Shown here: positions 39,800 through 49,507 of the stretch, piece after piece
How the letters are laid out: the number at the start of each line of letters is the position of its first letter
How positions within the stretch are numbered: position 1 is the first letter of the stretch
Virus record (IMG/VR): IMGVR_UViG_3300046049_000065
Coordinates: 1 to 57,578 of that record
Length of the DNA stretch: 57,578 nt
Direction: 5' to 3' (one strand)
Origin: a virus
Taxonomy: Duplodnaviria; Caudoviricetes
Notes under the pieces: generated by a model
Databases searched by the model: none
Told to the model about the DNA's origin: nothing
The model's input: only the letters and a program-made list of their open reading frames with translations
Translations under genes and position numbers: made by a program

Positions 39800-41011
39800 A
39801 TGCCACAACAGTTCGAAATCGCCCAGGGCGCGACGGCGCTCGAGCTCAACCTGTTCACCCAACTCGGCTCATATGGCTGGGTCTCGGGTGCCGGCGTCAC
39901 GCTTGGCGGCGCAACCAGCAGCATCGAATGTAACGTCGCCAGCGGGACCGTCATCCACGATGGCCGGTTCGTCGACGTGGGGGCGGCGACGGTCACGCTC
40001 CAGGCGGGCGACCCCCAGCACCCGCGCAAAGACCTCATCTGGGTCGACTATGAGGGGACGGCCCGCGTCCGCCCGGGCATCCCTGCGACGCCCGACCCGC
40101 CCGGCGAGACGCGCGGCGATACCTGGAGCCCGGCGCCGCCGCCGGCGACGGCCGTTGACGGCGTCCCCCTCGCCGAGGTCTGGGTGCCGGCCGGCGCCAC
40201 AGAGACCGGCGACCTCCAGGCGGCCGACGTCATCGACCGCCGCGTCCAGGCGGTCAGCAGCAGCGGCATTCGCGAGCTGTCGGCCGACCCGCCGGACGAA
40301 GACCTCGTCGAGAGCCAGCTCTGGCGCAACACGACGGCCGGGGAGTTGCGCGCGTACTTCAGCGACACCGACGAGGTGCACGCCCTCGATACGACGCTGG
40401 TCCGGTCGCTGTCCGGGCCGACCGAGACCGTCGTTGAGGACTTCGACGACGAGATCGACGCGAACTGGCGGGGTGGCGACTCGTCGTACACCTACGACAC
40501 GCCCGCCTTTGAGGGCAGTGCCGCCGCGTCCTGGGACTCGACGAACGACGCCACCCGCGACTATTCGCTGCCGGGCGATGGGCTCTCGCGATATCCCGAG
40601 AGCGGCGATACGGTCGCGCTCGCGGTCCGGGGCATTGCTAGCGGGAACTTTGCGTATCTCGCGTTCGGGAAAGACACGGACACGTTCAAAGAGGAGTATC
40701 GCCTTCGCCTCGATCACGACGGGACGCTCGCGCTGAAGCGCGCCGACTCGATCGGCGGCAGTGGCGCAACGCTGGGGAGCGTTTCGTTCTCATACTCAAC
40801 GTCGGAGTGGTACATCATCGAGGCCGACTACGACGGCGGCGGGACCGGCGTCCACCCCTTCCGCGTCTACTCGACCGCCAGCGGGGCCCGTGACACCGTC
40901 CTCGCCGAGGAACCGTCGCCGACGTCGGACAGCACCTATCGCGGGCGGGGCGTCGGCGTTGGCGGCTACGACGAGTATCGCATCGACCGCCTGGGGGTCA
41001 CGCCCGGCTGA
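39800..41011 (+). CDS. tail protein/fibre with beta-sandwich C-terminus
   Basis: N-terminal domain shared with 42146..43447. Confidence 0.65.
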   Translation: MPQQFEIAQGATALELNLFTQLGSYGWVSGAGVTLGGATSSIECNVASGTVIHDGRFVDVGAATVTLQAGDPQHPRKDLIWVDYEGTARVRPGIPATPDPPGETRGDTWSPAPPPATAVDGVPLAEVWVPAGATETGDLQAADVIDRRVQAVSSSGIRELSADPPDEDLVESQLWRNTTAGELRAYFSDTDEVHALDTTLVRSLSGPTETVVEDFDDEIDANWRGGDSSYTYDTPAFEGSAAASWDSTNDATRDYSLPGDGLSRYPESGDTVALAVRGIASGNFAYLAFGKDTDTFKEEYRLRLDHDGTLALKRADSIGGSGATLGSVSFSYSTSEWYIIEADYDGGGTGVHPFRVYSTASGARDTVLAEEPSPTSDSTYRGRGVGVGGYDEYRIDRLGVTPG

Positions 41012-41014
41012 CCG

Positions 41015-42100
41015 ATGCACGAGGCAGACGGGACGGGCTTTGCCCTCGGCGGGGCCCACGGCGCGACGCTGGGCGCGGCCACCGGTGGGAGCTACGGCAA
41101 CCAGCCGACCAGCACCTATCGGGCGCGCCTGACCGCGCCCGACGGCCGGCGGACGGACCTGACGGCCATCGAGAGCCTTTCGCTGGTCCGCGAGGTCTCG
41201 GCCGTCTCCGACATTGAGGTGACGATCCCGCGCGGCCCGGACCTGGCGGCCTATCGGTTCGCGAACCTGGACCTGTTTTACGGCAATGACCTATTGTTTC
41301 AGGCCCTCGTTGAGCGGTTGCCCGGGCCCGGGACGGACGCCCAGGCGACGCTGGCCGGCCGCGGCATCGGCCGCCAACTCGCCCGCGGCGAGATCTCGGT
41401 CGCCTTCGACGGCGCGACCGACCACGAGGCGATCGCCGAGACGTGGGCAAAGACGGCGTTTCGCGCGCGTGTCACCCCACCAGACAATCCCGGGACGGTC
41501 ACGCTGGAGGCGACCGACACGCCAGTGTCGATCCTCCAAAAACTCCACACCCAGGCGGGGATGGCGTTCGTCGTCAGACACGACGAGCCGGGGCGCGTCG
41601 CCGAGTCGTTCGTCCCCGACGAGAACGTCCGCAGCGCCTCGTGGCAGCGCGTCGACGACGACAGCGAGCTGGACCTGCGCGACTACGGCAATAAGATCAT
41701 TGTCAAGGGGAAAACCGCCGACGACGGCACGCGCCCGCGAGCGACGGCGACCGACAGTGCAGAGGTCGACCTCGCCGGCCGAGAAATCGAATGGCCGATT
41801 GAGGACCCAGAGTTGACGACCACCGCGGCCTGCCAGGAGCGCGCCGATACCGAACTGGCCGAGCGCACGGCCGAGGACTCGCTCTCGGGGACGATCGACA
41901 TCGTCCCGACGCGGCTGGACCCGGGCTATCACTACCGGATCCCCGCGTGGGACGACGCCGAACTCCCCGTCACCAGCGTTGAGTACGACATCGCGCGCGG
42001 CGAGGCGGGCTGTCGGCTGACGGTCAACGGCCCGTCGGGGATCGCCGACTACCTCGCAGTGCTGGGACGGGATCGCGACACACTCCAGCGAAACGTATGA
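41015..42100 (+). CDS. tail hub/baseplate-like protein
   Basis: NKIIVKG...IEDPEL...RA..EL pattern; position. Confidence 0.65.
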   Translation: MHEADGTGFALGGAHGATLGAATGGSYGNQPTSTYRARLTAPDGRRTDLTAIESLSLVREVSAVSDIEVTIPRGPDLAAYRFANLDLFYGNDLLFQALVERLPGPGTDAQATLAGRGIGRQLARGEISVAFDGATDHEAIAETWAKTAFRARVTPPDNPGTVTLEATDTPVSILQKLHTQAGMAFVVRHDEPGRVAESFVPDENVRSASWQRVDDDSELDLRDYGNKIIVKGKTADDGTRPRATATDSAEVDLAGREIEWPIEDPELTTTAACQERADTELAERTAEDSLSGTIDIVPTRLDPGYHYRIPAWDDAELPVTSVEYDIARGEAGCRLTVNGPSGIADYLAVLGRDRDTLQRNV

Positions 42101-42145
42101 CCATGCTACGCACATCACAGACGCAGACGCAGGCGGAGGTCTCGG

Positions 42146-43447
42146 ATGCCAGATAGCTGGATGCCCGTCGACGGCGATGGGCTGCACGCCCTCGACGAAA
42201 CGCAGCAACACCGTCGTGGCGACGGCTACGGCGTCGTCGATCCCGGCGGCGGCGCGTGCGAGGTGACCGTCAACAGCGGCGTCCTCGCCCAAAGTGACAC
42301 CCTGACGGTCGCCAGCGGCGACGTCCTCGTCAACGGGACGACGCACTCGCTCGCCACGCAGACGCTCGGCCTCGATGCCGCCTCGGCGACCAACCCCCGA
42401 CGCGACGTCGTCTACATCGACGGCTCCGGCGTCGTCCAGGTGGCCAACGGCACCGCCGAGGCGGTCGAGCCCAAGGGACAGAGCCTGACGCGCTTCGAGT
42501 TTTTCCGGCCCGCGCCCCCCGACCTCGCAGCGACGGGTGGGACAGTGTTGGCCGAGGTGTGGATCCCGGCCGACGCCTCAAGCATCCAGAGTGCGGACGT
42601 CCGCGACCGGCGCCTGCGAGCACTCGGGCCGCACTCGCTTGACGAGGATATCGCGACCCAGACCGAGTTGGACAGCCACGCCGGGAGCCCAGACGCCCAT
42701 CACGCCAAGGATCACGACCACACCGGGGCAGGGGTGTCGGCGGTGCCGACGGGCGGCCTCGTCGACGATACCGTGACGGTCGCCGGCAACGCCGTCACGC
42801 TCGGCGGGTCGACGGCCATCGCTCACGCCAACCTATCAAGTATTGGGACGGATGACCACCACGCGCAGGACCACGACCACACGACTGCGAGTGTCTCGGA
42901 CATCCCGAACGCCGGGCTGGTCAACGACACCGTGACGGTCACAGCGGGCGGCGGGCTCACAAACGGCGGGTTGGTCTCGCTCGGCGGGAGCATCACACTC
43001 GACGTTGAGCCCACCGACTTCGCGGGGCTGTTCCTCTCCAACGATGGCAGTGACAACTTGCAAGTCGATACGGATGGCACCATCGAAAACGATGGGGCAG
43101 GGAATGCGCGGGTCAGGGAACGATTCAACTACGATCCCGGCGTCACGCAGTTCGAAGACGGGCAGACCGATACCGAACTCAATCGTATCGTCTTGCAGCC
43201 CGGTGAAACGCTGGTTATCGAACGCATTGAGTTGCGCGGGCAAGGTGGCGGGTCGAGTGCGAGTGTCGACATTGAGGTGCGCGATGTGACGAGTGGCACG
43301 ACGATAGGCACGCAAACGCTCGGCGGGACGACGAAAGATCCTGGGTCGTCCGGTGCGGGCAATACAGTCGTTATCAGATATTCCAATTCGTCGGGGAGTC
43401 AGAGCAACGCTGCGCCGCGTGTCACCGGCTATATCAAGGGCGCCTGA
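42146..43447 (+). CDS. tail fibre protein
   Basis: HH..DHDH repeats, TVTAGGGL..GG.V.LGGS motif. Confidence 0.75.
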   Translation: MPDSWMPVDGDGLHALDETQQHRRGDGYGVVDPGGGACEVTVNSGVLAQSDTLTVASGDVLVNGTTHSLATQTLGLDAASATNPRRDVVYIDGSGVVQVANGTAEAVEPKGQSLTRFEFFRPAPPDLAATGGTVLAEVWIPADASSIQSADVRDRRLRALGPHSLDEDIATQTELDSHAGSPDAHHAKDHDHTGAGVSAVPTGGLVDDTVTVAGNAVTLGGSTAIAHANLSSIGTDDHHAQDHDHTTASVSDIPNAGLVNDTVTVTAGGGLTNGGLVSLGGSITLDVEPTDFAGLFLSNDGSDNLQVDTDGTIENDGAGNARVRERFNYDPGVTQFEDGQTDTELNRIVLQPGETLVIERIELRGQGGGSSASVDIEVRDVTSGTTIGTQTLGGTTKDPGSSGAGNTVVIRYSNSSGSQSNAAPRVTGYIKGA

Positions 43448-43449
43448 TC

Positions 43450-44601
43450 ATGGCCGGGATTCGACAGACGATAGGTGGTGTCGTCCAGACGGCCACTGGC
43501 GTCGTGCAGACGACTCCGTCGTCGTCGACGACATCCGCGACGTGGCAAACAGCGACAGACTGGAATAGCGCACAATCCGAGAGCTACGTCCATCACGAAC
43601 AGCCCGCCAGTACCGACTGGGCAGCGGCTGATACCGTTGAGTTAGGCCACGATACTGATGGTGCGTCACTGCAAGCGTATTTCCCGTTCGATGAAAATTC
43701 CGGCTCGACGGCGACCGATGTCTCCGGGAATAGCAATGACGGGACCTACAATGGCCCCACGCTTTCTGCGGCGACGGGCATTTTGGGCGCCGATGTACCA
43801 AGTTTTGACGGTGCGGATGACTACGTTGAGTATCCACCCATCGGTATCGATTACAGTGGGTCGAGCGACTGGACGACCTCGCTGTGGGTGTATCTATCAG
43901 GTGGGTCCGGCAGCACCCAGAACGTCTGGCACCCTCGGGCGACACAGGACATGTTTATCGACAAAGACACGGGTGATGCGATTCGGTTTACGACCTATTC
44001 TGGTAGCCTGAACCGTATCAGTTCAACGACGAGCATAGCAACGGACCAATGGTATCATGTTTGTGTTGTTCACGATGCGTCACTGAGTTCGCCGTATCAG
44101 TTGTATCTCGATGGCACACAAGAAGCGTCTGGATCACTTTCTGACCCGGATTCGAAGAGTTCGTACAATTCGATCAGCGGCCAGTCACAGGGCGGTCTCG
44201 ATCGGTACTACTGGGACGGCTATATTGACGAAGTCCGGCTGTACGACCGCGCGCTGTCCGGCAGTGAAGTGACGACGCTCGCGCAGGGCGATTCGCCGAC
44301 CGGCTCGATTACGACGGACGCGAGGAATTTGAGTAGCGGGGTGCCGGACCAACTCGTGACGACCAGCACGCTCAACGGCGGGAGTATCGACGTTGTCGTC
44401 CACCAGGACACGAACACGGACGGCACGTCCGAGAACAGCGAGACGATATCGCTTGCCGGCGGCGCTGACGAGACGAACGCGCTTGACGGGACGACATTCG
44501 ACACCACGGCTGCCGACTACTGGGTCGAGCTGCAGCCATCCGTGTCGAATCCCGACGACGCTGCACCGACGATCGACACAGCCGAGATAGTAATAAACTG
44601 A
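43450..44601 (+). CDS. LamG/concanavalin A-like domain virion protein
   Basis: YFPFDE...D.SGN, FDGADDY, WYHV and GYIDEVRLYDRALS motifs. Confidence 0.88.
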   Translation: MAGIRQTIGGVVQTATGVVQTTPSSSTTSATWQTATDWNSAQSESYVHHEQPASTDWAAADTVELGHDTDGASLQAYFPFDENSGSTATDVSGNSNDGTYNGPTLSAATGILGADVPSFDGADDYVEYPPIGIDYSGSSDWTTSLWVYLSGGSGSTQNVWHPRATQDMFIDKDTGDAIRFTTYSGSLNRISSTTSIATDQWYHVCVVHDASLSSPYQLYLDGTQEASGSLSDPDSKSSYNSISGQSQGGLDRYYWDGYIDEVRLYDRALSGSEVTTLAQGDSPTGSITTDARNLSSGVPDQLVTTSTLNGGSIDVVVHQDTNTDGTSENSETISLAGGADETNALDGTTFDTTAADYWVELQPSVSNPDDAAPTIDTAEIVIN

Positions 44602-44607
44602 AAACCA

Positions 44608-45030
44608 ATGGCAACCTGTCACTGCGTGGCCGCTGTCTTGGACACGGACGGCGATGCACAGGCGCCGGTTGAATCGCCGACTGAACGCGCGGCCCGGATT
44701 CACGACCGCGTCTCGTCGAATGTGTTGGGGACGTATACTGAGGTGTTACCAGACCAGCATGTGACACCAACAGCGATATCGACTGATTTTTCGGATATTA
44801 GCACAGCGCGGATTCAGTTTTCGTATCGATTTGACGCGACCGAGGATAAGACAGCGATGCTGGATACGATTGAATCGTCTGTGCTTGATGACGCCGTTTG
44901 GTACCAGATACGCTACCATGCGTGTGAACACGACATCCAGACGGGTGTCGGTCTGGCAGATTGTCCTTCTCCGACCCTCGAGCGCGAGAGTGGTTCAGTA
45001 CCAACTGACGTCAAGACAAACATCAGTTAA
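44608..45030 (+). CDS. hypothetical protein
   Basis: ORF; YHACEHD...C. Confidence 0.65.
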   Translation: MATCHCVAAVLDTDGDAQAPVESPTERAARIHDRVSSNVLGTYTEVLPDQHVTPTAISTDFSDISTARIQFSYRFDATEDKTAMLDTIESSVLDDAVWYQIRYHACEHDIQTGVGLADCPSPTLERESGSVPTDVKTNIS

Positions 45031-45038
45031 ACGACACA

Positions 45039-45347
45039 ATGAGCGATAACACACCAACCCCCGACCGCTGTCTCGGAATCACGACCGACGGCCGCCGCTG
45101 CGGGCGGGCGGCCGGCACAGGCACCACGCACGACCACCTCTGTTATCACCACGACGACCAGACGCTGACACCGACGCAAGCGACACTCCTCGAGACGGAC
45201 ACTACCCGCATGGGAGTGTCGATCAAGGCGGGCGAAGAGGTCCACGTCCAGTTCGCCGACGGGCCGCGAATCGCCTACTCGCCGAGTTCGGTCGCCGACA
45301 GTGGCGATGGGGCGGACGCGCAGGCGTTTCTTGACGGATTAGAGTGA
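45039..45347 (+). CDS. hypothetical protein with CCCH-like motif
   Basis: RCLGITTDGRRC...CYHH. Confidence 0.65.
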   Translation: MSDNTPTPDRCLGITTDGRRCGRAAGTGTTHDHLCYHHDDQTLTPTQATLLETDTTRMGVSIKAGEEVHVQFADGPRIAYSPSSVADSGDGADAQAFLDGLE

Positions 45348-45637
45348 CCGACCGCGCCGGCCAGCGGCTCGCAGCTGGCGACGCCCCCGTCCGCAAGGCC
45401 GTCAACGGCCCGTCGGTCAACGAGCTGCATGCGGCGCTGCTGGGCGCCTGTCTGGGCGTCCTGTCGGCCCGCGCGGAGTCGCCTCAAGCGGCGCTGCTCG
45501 TCGCCCTCACGGCGCTCGTGTGGCCGGCACGCGGCGCGGTCGGCCTCCGGACCCTCCGACGGGAGCCGTGGTGGGCGCTTGTCGGGCTAGTTGTCGGCAT
45601 CGTGGTCGGCGATCGGACTGTGTCTGCGGCATCGTAG
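45344..45637 (+). CDS. small membrane protein
   Basis: Hydrophobic; REPWW motif. Confidence 0.6.
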   Translation: MTDRAGQRLAAGDAPVRKAVNGPSVNELHAALLGACLGVLSARAESPQAALLVALTALVWPARGAVGLRTLRREPWWALVGLVVGIVVGDRTVSAAS

Positions 45638-45699
45638 CCGGCGCTCCTCGCTGTTTTGGAGCGTCGGGAGTACACTGCAAGCGAGGCGCCCAGCGGCAG

Positions 45700-46512
45700 C
45701 TATCGGCGGCAGAGTACTTCGTGGAGCCGCCCGGCGTTCTCGGGGCTGGGCGTGGCGTCGCGTCTCTCCCAGTGAGCAACGGCGCTCGGCGAGACGCCGA
45801 CCGCGTCTGCGAGGTCGGCCTGCGAGAGGCCCAGTTCTTCGCGGGCCGCTGCGAGGTCGCTCCCGAGCGGAACGGTTTCAGGGTCTCTCGGCTCGGCGGC
45901 GGGATCATCGTCGCTCTTTTCATCCTCATCTGCGTCGCGGTCGCCGCGGATGGCGAGTCGCTTCGCGCGGCCCCACGAGCCGAACCGCCGCTGATACGTG
46001 TTCGCGTTGGGGACTCCCTCGGCGTCGTCCATTTCAGTCACCGTCGGCGGCTTCAACTGCTTCGCTGTAAATTCCCGGATGTACTCAAGCAGTTCATCGC
46101 GCGAGTACTTCGGGACCTCATTGCGTGGCTTCGTTACGCTCAGTCCAGCAGCCCGCAACGCATTATTGAATGACCCGAAGCGATTAGAAAGTGTTTTGAT
46201 GCTGATGTCAGCTTGCTCCCGCACTTCGACGGCCCCAGGCGACCGACCAAATTCATCTGCAAGATCGCGCAGCTCACTCAGCAATTCCTCCTCGGTGTAG
46301 GCCTGCCCGTCATCCCTCCGTTTGGCCCGTTCTTCGACGGCCTCGGCCGAGAATCCCGCTTCCAGAAGTGCCTGCTCCCACGACTCAAACCGATACTGGT
46401 ATGTGCCTTTGTGCGGGGCATCCGGTTCGTCTCGAAGATCGGCTTGCATCGGCGGGCGACCCTCTTCGCCGAGGTCCCGCAGCCACTGTAGCAGTTCGTC
46501 TCTGGAATACAT
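45700..46512 (-). CDS. homing-endonuclease-associated repeat protein (3 repeats) + XRE HTH
   Basis: Y(S/T)..ELL...RFGS(W/F)..AL.AAG x3; GLSQADLADAVGVSPSAVAHWE. Confidence 0.85.
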   Translation of the reverse strand: MYSRDELLQWLRDLGEEGRPPMQADLRDEPDAPHKGTYQYRFESWEQALLEAGFSAEAVEERAKRRDDGQAYTEEELLSELRDLADEFGRSPGAVEVREQADISIKTLSNRFGSFNNALRAAGLSVTKPRNEVPKYSRDELLEYIREFTAKQLKPPTVTEMDDAEGVPNANTYQRRFGSWGRAKRLAIRGDRDADEDEKSDDDPAAEPRDPETVPLGSDLAAAREELGLSQADLADAVGVSPSAVAHWERRDATPSPENAGRLHEVLCRR

Positions 46513-46520
46513 CGGCTATG

Positions 46521-46772
46521 TCACTCGGGAAACGCGATATCTGCACAGTCCTCGCACCGAACCTCGCCGTTGACGAGCGTCCAAGCGGCGACCAGCTCGC
46601 CACAGCTCGCACAGACCGGCGTCCCTGACTGGCCGCCTTTCCGCTCGCGCTCCTCGAGCGCCTCGGCCGCCCGACGCAACAGGCCGTCCCATGTCTCGCC
46701 GTCGCGCTTCAACGCCCGGAGCTGGGCGCGCGTCGCCTCGTCGGCCTTGATGTTGACCCGGCTGTCGCTCAT
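46521..46772 (-). CDS. RHH-like + zinc-finger protein
   Basis: LKRDGETWDGLLRR; CASC...CEDC. Confidence 0.7.
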   Translation of the reverse strand: MSDSRVNIKADEATRAQLRALKRDGETWDGLLRRAAEALEERERKGGQSGTPVCASCGELVAAWTLVNGEVRCEDCADIAFPE

Positions 46773-46860
46773 GCGTCGGTCTCGAATCGGACTGCGACGG
46801 TCGTCCCTTTGATGTCCGGATACTGGCTCGCGAATGTCTGGATGATGTTCGACATCGTTG

Positions 46861-47211
46861 TCATCTCGGCCCGTTGTCAAGCGCCTCACTCACAAATCCC
46901 GCAAACAGCGCCATCCGCTGCCCTCCGTCAAAGAAGCCATCGGGGTTTGCCTCTGTTGACTTCTCTCGCAGCCACTGTACGGTATCCTCGGAGTGGGTCA
47001 TGGCCTCCACAGTCTCGCGGAGTTGGATTGTCATCCCCTCGTCGGCGAAGGAGACGTCGTATCGCTCCTTCTCCCAGTCGCGGTACTCGATCTCGTACTC
47101 TTCGCCGAAGCGATTGATAAGGTCTCCATAGGGCCCGACCTCTATGCGGCCAATGTCGGCGTCAACGTAGACGGTATCGTCTTCGATGTGTGTCTCGTAT
47201 CGTTTCGACAT
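46861..47211 (-). CDS. hypothetical protein
   Basis: Acidic ORF. Confidence 0.7.
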   Translation of the reverse strand: MSKRYETHIEDDTVYVDADIGRIEVGPYGDLINRFGEEYEIEYRDWEKERYDVSFADEGMTIQLRETVEAMTHSEDTVQWLREKSTEANPDGFFDGGQRMALFAGFVSEALDNGPR

Positions 47212-47215
47212 ATTA

Positions 47216-47779
47216 CTAGTCCTCAACACGCACGGAGACGGTCGTTCCTTCGACGTCCGGGTGCTGGCTCGTGAACGTCAGCTCCTCCGTCTTCTTCAGG
47301 GCATTTCGGACGCGATTCTCCCACATCTCGACCACGGTGTTCCACCACTCGTCCCAGCCGTCTTCTTCGTCGTCAGTAAGTGGTCGAACGGTGCCGTCGT
47401 CGTCCCACGCGTCGATCTCGTCGCGGAATCGGTGCTGTTCCGTGCCGTAGTCAGGATAGCACCACTCGTTGCGGAAGTCGGGGTGGTGACTGCCCGCCCA
47501 GTGCCCGACAATGAGCGCTTCGGGGCTGATGTGGAGCGGCGTCTGGCTCAGCTCCGGCGGGTAGTACGCGTGCGCCTCGGAGACGTGCGGCGTCGCCTTT
47601 TTCTCTTCCTCCAGCGGCGGCGTGACGCGGAGGTCGTGACTCCGCTGTTCGTCCTCGTCGCGCTTGTTCCGTCGCATCGCCTCGACGACGTCGTCGGGGT
47701 TGACCACGACAGTGTCGAGGTCGGCTGCGGGGTGATCAGTAGTCGTTTCGTCGACCGTGGCGTCAGTGCCTCGTGCCAT
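47216..47779 (-). CDS. hypothetical protein
   Basis: Acidic, leaderless promoter upstream. Confidence 0.75.
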   Translation of the reverse strand: MARGTDATVDETTTDHPAADLDTVVVNPDDVVEAMRRNKRDEDEQRSHDLRVTPPLEEEKKATPHVSEAHAYYPPELSQTPLHISPEALIVGHWAGSHHPDFRNEWCYPDYGTEQHRFRDEIDAWDDDGTVRPLTDDEEDGWDEWWNTVVEMWENRVRNALKKTEELTFTSQHPDVEGTTVSVRVED

Positions 47780-47830
47780 GTATCCCTATTGTACCCCTTA
47801 CCACATAAATCTTTGGTACAAGTGGGATAC
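47780..47830 (-). promoter_or_regulatory. BRE/TATA promoter flanked by a 16-bp inverted repeat
   Basis: GTATCCCTATTGTACC / GGTACAAGTGGGATAC (14/16) around minus-strand AAAGATTTATG. Confidence 0.7.
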
Positions 47831-47835
47831 AGAAG

Positions 47836-47917
47836 TCACTCTATGCCGCGGTTCCGCCACTCTGCGACCCCCATCAAAGCTGGCCTGAAAGAACTAGAGG
47901 ACGATAGAAACGGGTAG
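47836..47917. pseudogene. deletion scar: cysH 3' end fused to the 3' end of the divergent regulator gene
   Basis: 47836-47875 matches 51836-51875 (35/40); 47872-47913 matches 56371-56412; joined at a shared CATC. Confidence 0.8.
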
Positions 47918-48058
47918 GCAATGGCGTCAGAGGCGGTCAGACGTCTCGGCGGCGTCCAGCGCCCGCACGCGCACCTCGGTGACGACCTCGCGGCCGACGG
48001 TTCGCCAGCACTCGCCCGTCCAGGTCTCCTCAATGCGGTCGTAGCGGGTAGTTCATCA

Positions 48059-49507
48059 TTATTTTTTCGAAAGGACGTTGAGCGAGTCTCCCAACTGAGA
48101 CCGAAGTTCGTCGCCATAGAACGTCCGTGTGTGCGGTGTCTCGATGTCGGCGGGCGTCGTTTCAACTTCCCACGATGGCTCCAGCGCCACCGCAGCGGCC
48201 GATATATCGATGATATGGTACCCACCGACCGGCGACGAGTGGTCAAGCAGGATGTCGCCCACTGCTATCGGCTGGACCACCGCGCCGACATCGACTGCAA
48301 TCGCGTCGATTCGTGGGTCGTCAGCCGACCCGGGCGAGCGGTCGACCTCAACCGCCGTCGAACTACCTCTGGGGACGCCGCCGGGGCTCTGCCGGCGGGG
48401 CCGGAGCCCGGCGAGCTGGAGCGCGCGGTTGAAGCTCCCGAGCCGCCGCTCAATCGTCGTCGAGGGGATGTCACTCTCGGCCTCGAACGCGGCCACGGTC
48501 GGGACGGCCCGCAGCTCATCAGCAACGCGGCGGACCGCCTCGACGAGTTCCATATCGGTGTAGGTCTTGGCGTACGCCTCTCGGCCAGGGTTCGGGGTAT
48601 ACCCAGCGGCCGCGACCGCCGCATTCCAGCGCTCAAAGTGCCGGAGCACCGTGTGCAAGGATAGCTCCGCATGGTTGGTCCAGTCATCGACGGTCGGGGC
48701 CTGTCCGCCGTCTGGGATACCGACCGCGGCGGCGACCGCGTGAATCTCCTCGAGGACATCCTCGGCGGTAATGTGTTGTCGAGGGTCTAACCCCGCCTGG
48801 ACCAGCGCCGCGGCCCACGAGCCGAACCGCTCGCGGTAGATCCTATACGAGTGGGGCCCGTCAGCGTTCATCTGCCGCTTCGACGGTCTGGCGGTTACCC
48901 CGCTCTTCCGATAGTTCGCTAGATCCCGCAATTCGGTGATCAACTCTCGGTCCGTCGGGCTGTCTCGCGGCCGAGTCGGTGGATCGATGGCAACTTCTTC
49001 GAGCGCCCTGTTCCAGTCACCCCACCGTTCTCGGTACGTCGTTGCGCCGTATGCGCCCGCCTCGTCCATATCTAGTTCACTCGGCGCCCGGCCCAACTCG
49101 CGCGTCAGACGCGCCAGTTCGTCCAGTAGGTCGGCATCGGACCGTTTCGTCCCCGTGTTCGGCTCGAAGCCGGCGGCCTCAAGTGCCGCCGAGAACGACC
49201 CAAAGCGGTCCTGAAATGTCCACACGTGCGGCGTCTCGGCGGCGTCGTTGACCATCTCGACGGTCGGTGTCTCCCCGGTCTCCGCGGCGAGCTCGTGCAA
49301 CATCTCGACCAGCGCGTCCGCATCCAGTGTCGACGGGCGCAGACCCGCAGCCTCCAGTGCCCCGTCCCACGATCCGAACCGCCGTGTGTAGGTGGGATAA
49401 CTCGGGCTGTCCTCGTGCGCTTGCAGGTCGCTCACGGTCGGGCGCCCATCGACGGTGCCCGCGAGCTCCTGGAGCATTTCAATCAGCTCGTCTTCTGTGT
49501 ATGGCAT
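48059..49507 (-). CDS. homing-endonuclease-associated repeat protein (6 repeats)
   Basis: Six RFGSW..AL.AAG-type units; no HNH motif. Confidence 0.85.
   Translation of the reverse strand: MPYTEDELIEMLQELAGTVDGRPTVSDLQAHEDSPSYPTYTRRFGSWDGALEAAGLRPSTLDADALVEMLHELAAETGETPTVEMVNDAAETPHVWTFQDRFGSFSAALEAAGFEPNTGTKRSDADLLDELARLTRELGRAPSELDMDEAGAYGATTYRERWGDWNRALEEVAIDPPTRPRDSPTDRELITELRDLANYRKSGVTARPSKRQMNADGPHSYRIYRERFGSWAAALVQAGLDPRQHITAEDVLEEIHAVAAAVGIPDGGQAPTVDDWTNHAELSLHTVLRHFERWNAAVAAAGYTPNPGREAYAKTYTDMELVEAVRRVADELRAVPTVAAFEAESDIPSTTIERRLGSFNRALQLAGLRPRRQSPGGVPRGSSTAVEVDRSPGSADDPRIDAIAVDVGAVVQPIAVGDILLDHSSPVGGYHIIDISAAAVALEPSWEVETTPADIETPHTRTFYGDELRSQLGDSLNVLSKK

Noticed and set aside
47927-48050. 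Minus-strand fragment RYDRIEETWTGECWRTVGREVV
   Set aside because: Looks like a gene 3' remnant without a start; too little to assign.
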